Positions 10,172 through 19,970 are shown, numbered from the stretch's first letter. The stretch is 64,000 bases of DNA from Promethearchaeota archaeon (GCA_019058245.1 JAHPZJ010000027.1:10344-74343); one strand, 5' to 3'. Numbers and translations are program-made. Notes: generated by a model not told the origin, from the sequence alone.

Positions 10172-12199
10172 ATGGGTTTTAAAAAAATTGATATTGACGA
10201 ATTAAAAACAAAAGCAAGCCCAACTTTTCTTGGTATACCTATCAGGGAAGGAGGTAAACTTATCCAAAAAAGCTATAGAGAAAAAAAAATTGAATCAAGT
10301 TACATGGGAACAAGCTCAGAAGTATTGATATTAAATGAAGAATTTTTGGAATATGATTATCAAAACGATGGAACAAGAAAAGGAGTTATAGGTAATGGAA
10401 ATATTTCAATTTTCAATAATTCTATTAAAGATAGAATCTGGGATGCAAATTTACAATTTTCTGGCTCACAGTTTAATAACCAGAAAGCCGAAAATAATCT
10501 TAATTTAGGTGTCTTTGAACCTAATTCAAATAAAGTATTGAAATATGAAATTATAAATTCTGAGGATTTGCCGGATTTAATAAATGTAACTGAAAGTATT
10601 GATAACCTTAATGAAGATATTGGAATCTTTAGAAATAGTTATGAGGATTTAGAATTAAGTAATCATGAAATCTTGGAAAAAAGTCAGGATAAAAATTATT
10701 TATTGTTATGGGGAAAAGAGAATAAGGTAAAATTTACAATTAACATTGCTAACGTATCATCATATACACTTGTTAATATTAAGTTTAAAAAATTATTTGC
10801 AAATGTTTTTTACGATTTGGAATTTAAGTGCGAAAAAAGTAAGGAATTTAAAGTTATTAGAAATTCTATAGAAAGTTCATTAAATAATATTAATCCAGGT
10901 GAAAGTATTGATATAGTTATTTATGCAAAAGTATTTCCCAAAAAGAAAGAAAATATCAAAACAGGAAATATTGAATTAACATTTAACTTATCAAATAGAG
11001 TAATTTCCGGAGTAACAATCGATCATTTCTCAGCATATTCTCATGCGATGCATGCCATTAAAAAAACGGAAAAGATTCACGAACCTAATAACTGGAAATG
11101 TTCTCTTATATTCGAAAACTTAAGTGATTTTTCATTAAAATTGAAATCTATCCAAATATTTGATAAAAATAAAAAAAATAAAATTCTGGATTTAGATTCT
11201 AGAACACTAAGAAAACAAGTAGTCAATCCTCATGGTAAATATAAAACAGATTCTTTTTATTTTGTTGATGAAAAGGAGCCAATATTTTCAAGAAAAGTTG
11301 AATATTCTATTGGTTACAAGACTGAAAAGAATTCAATGATTACTTCCAGATATGAAGATAATTTCTTTGTCATTGCTCATTCAACAACAAAAAAGAAATT
11401 ATCAGACGAAGAGATTAAATCATTTGAAGAGGCTTCAGTACATTCCCAAATAACAATCAGTAATCAAGGGACGATACCAATCAGGGGTCTACAAATTATA
11501 GAAAAAATACCTGAAGATTTTTTACCTACAGGAAATATTTCAGATTATACATTAAGTAAATCCTCGGGTAAATTAATAATTGATGATCTTGAATTAAAAA
11601 TAAAGCCTGATGATGAAGATTCTTCTCATGAACACACCATAGAATTAAATATCAATTTAAAAACCAGTAGTTTAAATTCAGTAATTGATGTGGATAATTT
11701 CTTAGAGTTAAAGTATCCTCTTAAAGCAGTAAACCCAGATTATAAAAGAGATTATAATTTTCCACTTAGAGTTTATATCTTTTACTCAAAATATAAGGAT
11801 TCTGATCGAAAAGAGTATTACATGATATCGGAAGATCTTTCTGATATGGATAAATCTAAAATAAGAATTACTCATAAAAGAAGAAAAGTTACTATTGGAA
11901 AACAGATTTATCCAGGAAGGAGCGCTAATGAATTTGCTATTTATATTATCGCAAAAAATGGTTCAAATATGAAAATGAATGATATAAATATTACAGATTC
12001 TTTTCCAGATTCATTTGAAATGATCTCCTCAAATGCAGAATATAAGCTCACTAAATCAAAGAAAAATGCTGAACAAAAAATATCCTTTACAGTTGATACT
12101 CTTTTACCTTACCAAGAAAAAGAGATAATGTATTATTTAAAAAATATAACTGAAAAAGAGATAAAATCATCAGAATTAGAGTCATTTTTTGTTGGATAA
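10172..12199 (+). CDS. hypothetical 675-aa protein inside the che operon
   Basis: Long ORF with a GGAGG SD and no signal peptide or TM segment. Repeated segments (INIANVSSYTLVNIKF, ITISNQGTIPIRGLQII, YIIAKNGSNMKMNDINITDSFP) resemble CARDB/DUF11-type beta-sandwich strands; this is inference. Confidence 0.65.
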   Translation: MGFKKIDIDELKTKASPTFLGIPIREGGKLIQKSYREKKIESSYMGTSSEVLILNEEFLEYDYQNDGTRKGVIGNGNISIFNNSIKDRIWDANLQFSGSQFNNQKAENNLNLGVFEPNSNKVLKYEIINSEDLPDLINVTESIDNLNEDIGIFRNSYEDLELSNHEILEKSQDKNYLLLWGKENKVKFTINIANVSSYTLVNIKFKKLFANVFYDLEFKCEKSKEFKVIRNSIESSLNNINPGESIDIVIYAKVFPKKKENIKTGNIELTFNLSNRVISGVTIDHFSAYSHAMHAIKKTEKIHEPNNWKCSLIFENLSDFSLKLKSIQIFDKNKKNKILDLDSRTLRKQVVNPHGKYKTDSFYFVDEKEPIFSRKVEYSIGYKTEKNSMITSRYEDNFFVIAHSTTKKKLSDEEIKSFEEASVHSQITISNQGTIPIRGLQIIEKIPEDFLPTGNISDYTLSKSSGKLIIDDLELKIKPDDEDSSHEHTIELNINLKTSSLNSVIDVDNFLELKYPLKAVNPDYKRDYNFPLRVYIFYSKYKDSDRKEYYMISEDLSDMDKSKIRITHKRRKVTIGKQIYPGRSANEFAIYIIAKNGSNMKMNDINITDSFPDSFEMISSNAEYKLTKSKKNAEQKISFTVDTLLPYQEKEIMYYLKNITEKEIKSSELESFFVG

Positions 12200-12237
12200 T
12201 AAAAAAATAATTAAGATAAAAATTAGGAGGAAGAAAT

Positions 12238-13080
12238 ATGAAACTACAATATTATGAAATGATGGATGATAAATCTAAAAAATATTTATTATATCTCATC
12301 GAACAAGTCTTGCCCCAATTCACTGTAAGTGAACTTAAACTTTTTTTGGAAGATTTTTCTAATAACCTTAAAAATGGAAAAAAGTCTTCAAAATCAGCTA
12401 AAAATTATGTTGAAATAGGAAATGATGCAGGAAAATTAGCTGATTTATCAAACTTAACCATAGAAGAGTTAAAATTAATGTTCCAAATTTATATAAGCCG
12501 AGAAAAAAATGATAAATTTAGTATTAAGTGGCGGTTTTATCAATATCTTAAATACATGTTAGATTTAGACCTAAAATCAGTTAAAGTTAACCAAGATCTT
12601 AATCCAGACTCATTAATTGATTTGATTGTTGAAACCGTAGAAAAAGAAGTAATTCTTATATTATGTTATGATGTTTTAAGTATAGACATTTATAATAAAG
12701 CTATAATTAAGATAAATGAATTTGCAAAGGAAGAAAATTTAATTCCTGATAGAATTATTTTTGCTGTGGGTAAATCATTTCGTAATATACCAATTGATAT
12801 ACCTATAAAAATTATCAACAAGGAGCTTATACCTGAATTATGGATTGAATGGATTGAAGAGAACTGTCCCTTCAATAGAGAAGATTTAATTATTGTAAAT
12901 GATAGAGAACTAAAACTCGCGGGTTTTAACTTTACTAATATAGAGGATATGCTGAATTATATATTTAGATATTCCAATGGTGGGCAAATTACCATATATA
13001 GACAGGTCGATTTTTTTACAGAAGTTGATGAGGATGAACCCGAATTGGAATTAATTTGGAAAGGAATTATGTTAAAATAA
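12238..13080 (+). CDS. hypothetical 280-aa protein inside the che operon
   Basis: ORF with an AGGAGG SD and no recognisable motif. It is not CheR, because no SAM-binding motif is present. Confidence 0.6.
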   Translation: MKLQYYEMMDDKSKKYLLYLIEQVLPQFTVSELKLFLEDFSNNLKNGKKSSKSAKNYVEIGNDAGKLADLSNLTIEELKLMFQIYISREKNDKFSIKWRFYQYLKYMLDLDLKSVKVNQDLNPDSLIDLIVETVEKEVILILCYDVLSIDIYNKAIIKINEFAKEENLIPDRIIFAVGKSFRNIPIDIPIKIINKELIPELWIEWIEENCPFNREDLIIVNDRELKLAGFNFTNIEDMLNYIFRYSNGGQITIYRQVDFFTEVDEDEPELELIWKGIMLK

Positions 13081-13121
13081 AAATTAAACAGAAAAAATAG
13101 GAGAAAAAAGAGGTCAACAAT

Positions 13122-15113
13122 ATGTTAGAAACTGAATTTCAAAATAACGAATTTAAAGATACAATAAACGTAGTAATTATTCAAGTTCTTGATGAAAGAT
13201 ATCTTATAGAAGTTAAAAATATAAAGGAAATTTATGTTCCAGGGGATAATATCATTCCCGTTCCTTTAACAGATAAATCCATACTTGGTATTATTAATAT
13301 AAGAGGAGAAATTTATTCAATTATCTCATTAAGACATAATATATCTGATGATAATGATATTGATTATGGTTTATCTAACACATCACGGATTTTACTATTA
13401 GAATATGAAGACTTAAAAATAGCTTTATTAGTAGATTCCGTAATTGGCGTTAAAAATATTCCCCTTTCAATCTTCAAAAAACAAGGTACTATTGTAAAAA
13501 CAAGTATTGATTTCAGATTGATAAAATTAACTGGAATTTTTCAGGATGAAGCACTTATATTATTAGACCTACAAGCTTTAATTCAACCTTATTTGAAATC
13601 TCAGGTTAAGAAAGTAGAGAAAAAGATAGAACAAAAACCTAAAGTCCTTGAACGTGCTAAAATCCACCCTAAAGTGAAGCCAAAAACAACACCAGAACCT
13701 AGCAGCATTGAATCAGCTGTTATAATCCCTCAAAAAACACCATCTGAAATGCAGCTGACTAAGATTCCAGTAGAAAAAAAACGAAAACAAGTATCATTAT
13801 CGAATGAACAGCAAGATATTCTTAGAGAGATTGGTAATATAGGAACTGGAAACGCTGTTACAGCTTTATCACGACTAGTTAAAAAGAAAATAGATGTTAC
13901 TCTCACAGATGTAGGTATTATACCTTTAAATGAATTACCAAAACAATTTGGTGGTGCTAAAGAGAAAGTATGCGGGATTTTTTGTCATATAGATAAACCA
14001 TCTCAAGCAACTATTTTAAATATTTTTGAAATGCAACCACTAATGAAATTGATAGCACAATTAGCGGGGCCTCAATCTAAGATAGATCCTAAAAAGGTGA
14101 AATCTAAAAAAGATCTTGATGATTTTGCTATTTCCACTATTGTAGAGATGGGTAATATTATGGCAGGGCATTATGCCTCTGCATTAGCTGATTTATTAGA
14201 AACAAAAATGCTGATTGATATTCCGGAATTTACAATGAGTAAAGCTGGAGAAATTGGAGAATTTCTTTCTAAAGAATTAGAATCTATTGCGGAGTATTTT
14301 ATTATAATAAAAACTTCAGTAAACGTAGCGGATTTGAAACTGACAGGTATGTTCTTCTTTATCCCTGATCTTGAAACGTTAAAGACATTTTTCAATAAAT
14401 TAGGTATTGAACATGATATACCTGTCAAGATAATGACAACTAAAAGAGCAACTGAAATCCCAAGTATCGATAAGATAAAGCTTTCAGAAGTGCAAAGAGA
14501 TGCGTTACAAGAAGTCGGAAATATTGGTGCTGGAAATGCCGCTAACGCCTTAGCTCAAATGATTAACAAAAGAGTAGATATAAATATTCCATCAGTAGAG
14601 ATGGTTGAATTGGATGAGTATGCAAATACTATGAGTAATAAAAATGAGACCCTTTTGGTCGCTTGGAGTAATGTTACTGGTAAAACTCGAGCTACTGTCC
14701 TGACATTGTTTAATATAAAAGATGCTATTGATATAACCTCAATAATAGTAGATGATAGAGATAAAAAACAAATCGATCTTAGAAAAAAAATTAGTAAAGC
14801 GTCTGATTTTCCTGAGCTTTATCATAGTGCAATATCTGAACTAGGGCATATATTAGGTAGCCATTATGTAAGTGCAATTGGGGATTTATTAGGTATAAGA
14901 TTAATGACAGAACCTCCAGATATGAGCGTGGACACGGGACGTCAATTATTTAAAATTTTAAAAGAGGAAATTGGATTACTAAAAAAATTATCACTGGTTA
15001 TTACTACAAATGTGATTATCACAGACATTAAAGTTACTGGTACTTTCTTGTTCATTCCCAACTTAGAAACATTACAAGAATTATTGGAGGCACTTTTAAA
15101 GTTTTATTCTTAA
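13122..15113 (+). CDS. CheW-CheC-CheC fusion protein (CheY-P phosphatase-like)
   Basis: The N-terminal CheW-like domain (IIQVLDERYLIEVKNIKEI..GIINIRGEIYSIISL) is followed by a Lys/Pro-rich linker. Two CheC-type modules follow, carrying ExxN sites: REIGNIGTGNAVTALS, VEMGNIMAGHYASALA, QEVGNIGAGNAANALA, and a degenerate SELGHILGSHYVSAI. Confidence 0.8.
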   Translation: MLETEFQNNEFKDTINVVIIQVLDERYLIEVKNIKEIYVPGDNIIPVPLTDKSILGIINIRGEIYSIISLRHNISDDNDIDYGLSNTSRILLLEYEDLKIALLVDSVIGVKNIPLSIFKKQGTIVKTSIDFRLIKLTGIFQDEALILLDLQALIQPYLKSQVKKVEKKIEQKPKVLERAKIHPKVKPKTTPEPSSIESAVIIPQKTPSEMQLTKIPVEKKRKQVSLSNEQQDILREIGNIGTGNAVTALSRLVKKKIDVTLTDVGIIPLNELPKQFGGAKEKVCGIFCHIDKPSQATILNIFEMQPLMKLIAQLAGPQSKIDPKKVKSKKDLDDFAISTIVEMGNIMAGHYASALADLLETKMLIDIPEFTMSKAGEIGEFLSKELESIAEYFIIIKTSVNVADLKLTGMFFFIPDLETLKTFFNKLGIEHDIPVKIMTTKRATEIPSIDKIKLSEVQRDALQEVGNIGAGNAANALAQMINKRVDINIPSVEMVELDEYANTMSNKNETLLVAWSNVTGKTRATVLTLFNIKDAIDITSIIVDDRDKKQIDLRKKISKASDFPELYHSAISELGHILGSHYVSAIGDLLGIRLMTEPPDMSVDTGRQLFKILKEEIGLLKKLSLVITTNVIITDIKVTGTFLFIPNLETLQELLEALLKFYS

Positions 15114-15234
15114 ATTAATCATTAAGAATTATTTTTATCTCAATTTTATTCTAAAATTTCAAAATCGAATGAAGAAGATTTATATTTAAAATAAATCTAA
15201 ATAGAATATTAAAAATTATAGATAGGGATTAAAT

Positions 15235-15789
15235 ATGTTAAAAAGCGGTTATTACGACTTTATTTATGAAGTACAAGGTGAAACACTTAAACTAAGGCCC
15301 GAGAAGATGTTTGATCCCAATTGCGTGTATTTAATAGTAGATAAGGAGTTAAAACTTATTTGGATCTGGGCGGGTAGTCATTCTCGATTATTTCATCGAT
15401 ATATGGCAGCTAATTTTGCAGGAAAACTCAAGACAAAAAAGAAATTTTATAATTTTAAATATGAAGTCGTTAAAGAAGGTATTGAACCTCCTGAATTTCA
15501 TATAATATACAAAGAGATTAAAGAACAAAATTCTACTATAACCTATCCTGGGCAATCTAGATATATTGTTAAACAAACTCAAGCCCCAAGTAGTTATGGG
15601 GGAACTTCATCTTTAGATACAAGTTTAGAATCTAAAATAATTCTAGATGGTCGAGAATTATCAAAATCTGTCAAATCTCGTATTAAAAAAATTTTATCTG
15701 AGATAAAAGAAATTCAATCACATATAACTTATTCAATTAATCATATCCAACAACGTTTTGCCGAAATTGAAAAATTATTAGAAAATTAG
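15235..15789 (+). CDS. gelsolin-like domain protein with C-terminal coiled coil
   Basis: The N-terminal 95 aa follow the gelsolin-repeat pattern: CVYLIVDKELKLIWIWAGSHS...AANFAGKL...EVVKEGIEPPEF. Compare the remembered gelsolin G1 pattern AYVILKT..LHYWLGNECS...QHREVQGFESATF. Confidence 0.6.
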   Translation: MLKSGYYDFIYEVQGETLKLRPEKMFDPNCVYLIVDKELKLIWIWAGSHSRLFHRYMAANFAGKLKTKKKFYNFKYEVVKEGIEPPEFHIIYKEIKEQNSTITYPGQSRYIVKQTQAPSSYGGTSSLDTSLESKIILDGRELSKSVKSRIKKILSEIKEIQSHITYSINHIQQRFAEIEKLLEN

Positions 15790-16062
15790 AGTGTTTAGAA
15801 ACGATAAGAATTAAGGATATTAGATTTGATTCGAATTATTTAAAACTGCTAACGTACCTATTAATTAATAATATTGAATTTACTTCTGATTATAATAGAA
15901 GAAATATTGTCAAAAGAAGAATCAGTTATTGAATTATTGAAAGGAGGTAAAAGTCAAGAGAATTGTTAATTTTAGGAAAAATAGAGTAAAAAATTTAATC
16001 AGAATATAATTAAAAACTTAAAGTTTGTTATAATCATATGTAATTGAAAAAAGAGGGCTCAA

Positions 16063-17205
16063 ATGTCGATTAAGGTTCTTTTAGCGGAAGATTCAAGCTA
16101 TCAGAGAAAGCTAATAACTGATATGCTATTATCAAGCAAGGAGATTTCTAAAGTAGAAGTTGCTAAAAATGGAAAAGAAGCTATTAAAAAAATTGAGTCA
16201 GTAAATCCAGATGTTTTAATTTTAGATTTAATAATGCCTAAAATAGACGGAATAACGGTGTTCAAATTCCTTTCAGAACATTATCCAATACCTACAATAA
16301 TATTTACAGCTAAATCTCCAGAAACATTAGATGATTCTGTTCAAGCTTTACTTTTAGGAGCATTTGATTTTATTGTAAAACCAAAAGGACTATGGAAAGA
16401 AGAACTCCCCAAATTAAAAGAAAAATTAATTTTTAGTACGCTTTATGCGAGTAAAATAAAAAAGACCTATGAAAAACGAAATTTATTAATAAAGAAATCT
16501 TTCGAGAAACCTCTTAATTTGATAACTGAACAATATCAAATAATTAAAAAGCCTAAACCAAAGATTGAAAAAGCTCTGAAAATAACACCCTTACTTGAAG
16601 GTAAATTAACACCCAATGCAATAGTTATAGGAACTAGTACTGGTGGTCCTAGAACCTTAAAAACAATATTAAAAGATATTCCAAAAGATTTTTCATCACC
16701 AATTTTAATGGTTCAACATTTAGATGAATTCTTTATGAAAGAATTCTCAAAATCATTAAATCAGGTCAGTAAAATTGAAGTTAAAATTCCTGTTAATGGG
16801 GAAAAAATTCTTCCAGGAATTGCTTATCTTAGTCCAGGAGAAAAACATATGGAAGTTGCCCAAAGAAACAAGATACAATACATTAAAATACTTGATGGGG
16901 AGCCTGTTAATTTTTGTAAGCCTTCGGTGGATGTTTTATTCCTTTCAGCAGCAAAAGTATATAAGGATCGAATTTTGGGGATCTTACTAACAGGTTTAGG
17001 ACAAGATGGTGCAGCTGGTTTAGAAGCAATTAAAAAAGGAGGAGGCCAAACAATTGCAGAATCAGAACAAACATGTGTGGTATATGGTATGCCTAAAGCG
17101 GCGGTAAAGAGAGGAGCTGCAAATTTAATCTTACCTAATTACCAAATTAAAGAACATATGTTAAAATTTGCTAGAAAAAATAAGGGTAATCCAATATATT
17201 CATAA
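16063..17205 (+). CDS. cheB: chemotaxis methylesterase/deamidase CheB (REC + esterase)
   Basis: Receiver domain (VLLAEDS, DVLILDLIMP) plus an esterase domain with GTSTGGP, MVQHL and GQDGAAGL. Confidence 0.9.
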   Translation: MSIKVLLAEDSSYQRKLITDMLLSSKEISKVEVAKNGKEAIKKIESVNPDVLILDLIMPKIDGITVFKFLSEHYPIPTIIFTAKSPETLDDSVQALLLGAFDFIVKPKGLWKEELPKLKEKLIFSTLYASKIKKTYEKRNLLIKKSFEKPLNLITEQYQIIKKPKPKIEKALKITPLLEGKLTPNAIVIGTSTGGPRTLKTILKDIPKDFSSPILMVQHLDEFFMKEFSKSLNQVSKIEVKIPVNGEKILPGIAYLSPGEKHMEVAQRNKIQYIKILDGEPVNFCKPSVDVLFLSAAKVYKDRILGILLTGLGQDGAAGLEAIKKGGGQTIAESEQTCVVYGMPKAAVKRGAANLILPNYQIKEHMLKFARKNKGNPIYS

Positions 17206-17226
17206 GGTTATAACCAAAACTTTAAG

Positions 17227-17775
17227 GTGAAAAAGATAAAACCCCATGGATGTATTGAAAAACCAAACACTGATGGAAAAATTATCTTACCAATAGGGCA
17301 TTATGCTATTGTAAATTGTAGAAATAAACCAAATAATATTTATACAAAAATATCAATTTATGGATTAGGGTCTTGTATTGCTCTGATACTTTTTGATAGT
17401 AAAAATAAAGTAAGTGGAATGTCTCATATATTACTTCCAAAATGTCAACTAAACAAAAAAATTGAATATCCTCACAAATATGCTGATCTCTCAGCAAATC
17501 TGTTACTTCAAGAATTATTAAACCGTGGAGCAATTAAGAAAAATATAAAAGCTGTGATTGTTGGGGGTTCAAAGATTTTTGAATTAGATGAAAATGGTAT
17601 AGGGATTAATAATATCAAAGCAATTAAAAATGAATTAAAAAAATTAGAAATTAAGATTATAGGAGAAAATACAGGAGGATCTGAAGGAAGAGTTGTCATA
17701 TTTGACACTAAAGATTTCTCAGTCTATGTTAGATTAACAAGAGAATCAAATCTTCAAAAAATAAAGTATTCATGA
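17227..17775 (+). CDS. cheD: chemoreceptor glutamine deamidase CheD
   Basis: 182 aa with GLGSCIALILFD and SHILLP motifs; GTG start. Confidence 0.85.
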   Translation: MKKIKPHGCIEKPNTDGKIILPIGHYAIVNCRNKPNNIYTKISIYGLGSCIALILFDSKNKVSGMSHILLPKCQLNKKIEYPHKYADLSANLLLQELLNRGAIKKNIKAVIVGGSKIFELDENGIGINNIKAIKNELKKLEIKIIGENTGGSEGRVVIFDTKDFSVYVRLTRESNLQKIKYS

Positions 17776-17816
17776 TATAATAATTTTAAAAAGATTTAAA
17801 ATTGAGAGGATTAAAA

Positions 17817-18470
17817 ATGAAAAAGCCAATTGATATAAAATTAACACAAGAACAATTAGACATTTTAAAAGAATTAGGTAATATCGGTTCTGGGCATGCA
17901 ATAACAGCACTTTCCAAATTACTTAATATTAAAATCGATGTTTCATTGACATCCATAGATATTGTTCCTTTTTGGAAAGTTCCCGAACTATTTAATAAGT
18001 CTGCAATTGATATGGTTGGAATCTATTCTAAGATTCCCTTTAAATCAGATTTAGCAATTATCCAATTATTTACAAAAGTATCGATAGTAAGTCTAATCAA
18101 TATTTTATCTGATAATGACAAAATTATGGTTGATGATATAAAAACTATTGATGATTTGGATGATTTTTCAGTAAGTATTATAAGTGAAATTGGAAATATC
18201 TTATCTGGTCATTATACTAATGCTTTAGCTGATATGCTATCAATTAAACTGGTACCAAATGTTCCAAAAATCGCATTAGATTCTTTGAATGCTATTTTAG
18301 AAACCTTAATTGCTAAATTTTCTCAATTGTCAGATTATATGATTTTAATAAATACAAAATTAATAGTTTTAGATGTAAATATAGAAGGTATAATCTGTCT
18401 TATCCCTTCAATCAATATCTTAAAAAATCTATTTAATATTCTAAACTTAAAATACGATCTAAATCTCTAG
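17817..18470 (+). CDS. cheC: CheY-P phosphatase CheC
   Basis: Two ExxN sites (LKELGNIGSGHAITALS and ISEIGNILSGHYTNALA). The ORF track starts at TTG 17802; the ATG at 17817 follows GAGAGGA and is preferred. Confidence 0.85.
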   Translation: MKKPIDIKLTQEQLDILKELGNIGSGHAITALSKLLNIKIDVSLTSIDIVPFWKVPELFNKSAIDMVGIYSKIPFKSDLAIIQLFTKVSIVSLINILSDNDKIMVDDIKTIDDLDDFSVSIISEIGNILSGHYTNALADMLSIKLVPNVPKIALDSLNAILETLIAKFSQLSDYMILINTKLIVLDVNIEGIICLIPSINILKNLFNILNLKYDLNL

Positions 18471-18611
18471 GAAAGATATTTGATGATATGTACAAATAAA
18501 CAAGCTTAATTTATTTTCAGTGAAATTTTATTTTTGGGTTTTAGTAACATATATATTTTCTAACTTTACTATTTATTAGAATAATTAATTAAATATAATT
18601 AGGAGAGTTAT

Positions 18612-19970
18612 TTGACGATTGATGTGGTTATTGCTGATGACAGCGCATTTTTAAGAAAAAATATAGCAAATATTCTAAAAGAACATGATTCAATTGATAT
18701 TACTGGATTTGCGAAGGATGGAGAAGAAGCTGTTAAACTTGTTAAAGAAATTAGCCCAGATGTCTTAGTTTTAGATTTAGTAATGCCTAAAATGAATGGA
18801 TTGGATGCATTCAAACTAATAATGGAGGAAAATCCCACGCCTACTGTTGTCCTTTCAGCTATTAGTCCAAAAAAACTGGACTCTTCCATTCAAGCTCTTT
18901 TAATGGGTGCTTTTGATTATATCATAAAACCAGGGGGTATTGGAGCAAAACCATTGCCAAGATTTCGTGAAGAATTACTCGCTAAAGTATTGTTAGCGTC
19001 TCAATCACAAATTAAAAAAATATTCAGAAAAGGAGAAATTATATTAAAAAAAGGAAGATCTCTCCGCCAGGAGATGGTTAATCGAATTTTTGATTTTGGA
19101 CAATATCTTAACAGATTAGAACCTATTCAAGAAATTGAGGAAGAACAAAAATACGATTCTTTCGAAATTATGAAGGTTAAGGCAATCCTCAAGGATGAAA
19201 CTAAGGGTAAATTAGCAGAGTCAGCATCGAGTGAAGAAATTAATAAGGCAATAATAAGTACATCAGAAACAAGTGAAGAAAGGATAGAACAGATATCAAG
19301 AAAATCAGCATTACTAAAAAAATCAACAAATGCACAATTTAAAAAGAGTAAAACAGTAAATATTCCTGATCTCTCCCCTATTAAAGGAACTACAATAAGT
19401 TCAAATATAATTGTTATAGGTGCTAGCGTTGGAGGACCTAGAACAATAACAACAATATTAAAAGAAATTCCAAGAAATTTTAAGGCACCAATCTTAATCG
19501 TTCAGCATTTATCTTCTCATTTTACAGATGCTTTTGCAGATAATTTAGATATGGAATGTGAACTCAAAATAAAAGTAGCTAATAATGGAGATTATATTAA
19601 ACCTGGTTATGTTTATCTTGCCCCTGGAGATGTGCATATGGAAATCTCTGTTGAAAATAATACACCTCTAATCAAAGTTTATAAAGGAAGTCCTGTTAAC
19701 TTTTGCATGCCTTCTATAGATGTATTATTTTTTTCAGCAGCAAAAGTTTATAGAAATCATGCTATGGGAATAATTCTAACTGGAATGGGCTCAGATGGTG
19801 TAGAAGGTCTGGGAGCAATTAAAAGAGTGGGTGGAAAGACAATAGCAGAAGATAAAAGTACTTCTATACTTTATGCTATGCCAAAATTTGCCTCTGAGAA
19901 AGGATATGCTAAACTTGTATTACCAAATTATAATATAAAAGATGAAATGATAAAATTCATTGGAAATTAG
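18612..19970 (+). CDS. cheB: second CheB paralogue with a long inter-domain linker
   Basis: Receiver domain (VVIADDS, DVLVLDLVMP), a long charged Ser/Glu/Lys-rich linker, then an esterase domain with GASVGGP, IVQHL and GSDGVEGL. TTG start follows AGGAG. Confidence 0.85.
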   Translation: MTIDVVIADDSAFLRKNIANILKEHDSIDITGFAKDGEEAVKLVKEISPDVLVLDLVMPKMNGLDAFKLIMEENPTPTVVLSAISPKKLDSSIQALLMGAFDYIIKPGGIGAKPLPRFREELLAKVLLASQSQIKKIFRKGEIILKKGRSLRQEMVNRIFDFGQYLNRLEPIQEIEEEQKYDSFEIMKVKAILKDETKGKLAESASSEEINKAIISTSETSEERIEQISRKSALLKKSTNAQFKKSKTVNIPDLSPIKGTTISSNIIVIGASVGGPRTITTILKEIPRNFKAPILIVQHLSSHFTDAFADNLDMECELKIKVANNGDYIKPGYVYLAPGDVHMEISVENNTPLIKVYKGSPVNFCMPSIDVLFFSAAKVYRNHAMGIILTGMGSDGVEGLGAIKRVGGKTIAEDKSTSILYAMPKFASEKGYAKLVLPNYNIKDEMIKFIGN

